This document shows, one piece after another, positions 55,781 through 56,039 of a stretch of 56,039 nt of DNA. Location: the IMG/VR virus record IMGVR_UViG_3300030099_001449, positions 1 through 56,039 of that record, one strand, 5' to 3'. This stretch comes from a virus. Its lineage: Duplodnaviria > Caudoviricetes. The notes beneath the pieces were generated by a model. The model was given only the letters and a program-made list of their open reading frames with translations, searched no databases and was not told the DNA's origin. Position numbers and translations under genes: made by a program. Within the stretch, counting starts at the first letter, position 1; each line of letters starts with the position of its first letter.

Positions 55781-56039
55781 CTTTATCTCCTTGTTATAAT
55801 TAAAAGTAATATAATTAATCTAATTGTTGTCTGATTGTAAGTCAACCCCCTATGTTTACAAATTTACACTATTTACAGTTTCACCAGAAAAAATAAAAAA
55901 AATTTTTTTTGAGTGGTTTTGCTTGTAAATCTTGTAAACAGTGTAAACACCCCCAATAAATCAAGGCTCAAACATGCCCTTACCTGTTTACAAGTGTTTA
56001 CGTTGTTTACACTTTTTCTAGTAAATATGCTAAAAAGAG
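55733..56039. repeat. Terminal direct repeat, right copy
   Basis: About 98% identical to 1-306. Confidence 0.95.
55817..55845 (-). promoter_or_regulatory. Sigma70-like leftward early promoter
   Basis: TTGACT-N17-TAGATT on minus strand. Confidence 0.6.

Noticed and set aside
1-56039. tRNA or rRNA genes
   Set aside because: No cloverleaf or rRNA-like segment recognised in the few intergenic gaps by eye; tRNAscan not run

Overview
The window appears to be a complete, AT-rich tailed-phage genome of about 55.7 kb. Its ends overlap as a ~306-bp imperfect direct repeat, so it is circular or circularly permuted. The architecture is podovirus-like. A long rightward late region (3978-41761) encodes a lytic transglycosylase, a 1453-aa acidic protein, TerL, portal, an adenine methylase, a 2OG-Fe(II) oxygenase, holin and M15 endolysin, GroES, scaffold, major capsid, many small basic proteins, connector/tail proteins, an S74-chaperoned tail fibre and large ejection-type proteins. 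A leftward replication/early region encodes family-A DNA polymerase, UvrD-like helicase, AlpA-like HTH, primase, an SSB-like protein, a C5 methyltransferase and many small ORFs. The SNF2-like helicase and the TerS/nuclease pair are transcribed rightward. Gene content resembles marine alphaproteobacterial phages (inference, not checked against a database). I found no integrase, tRNA or CRISPR array. The most unusual signals are: (1) a three-hairpin non-coding element at 50686-50771 whose loops are complementary to ribosome-binding sites (candidate phage sRNA); (2) a C5 methyltransferase split over two overlapping frames, with four TRD-like repeats and a clamp-binding-like motif; (3) a recurrent 'xxxGG' peptide motif in small basic and ejection proteins, flanking a Cys/His-rich unknown gene; (4) an RBS-sequestering RNA structure after the capsid gene; (5) a hidden TTG-start ORF whose N-terminus mimics the capsid protein; (6) iteron-like and TTGCGACC repeat clusters; (7) an amicyanin-type copper motif in a tail-region protein.
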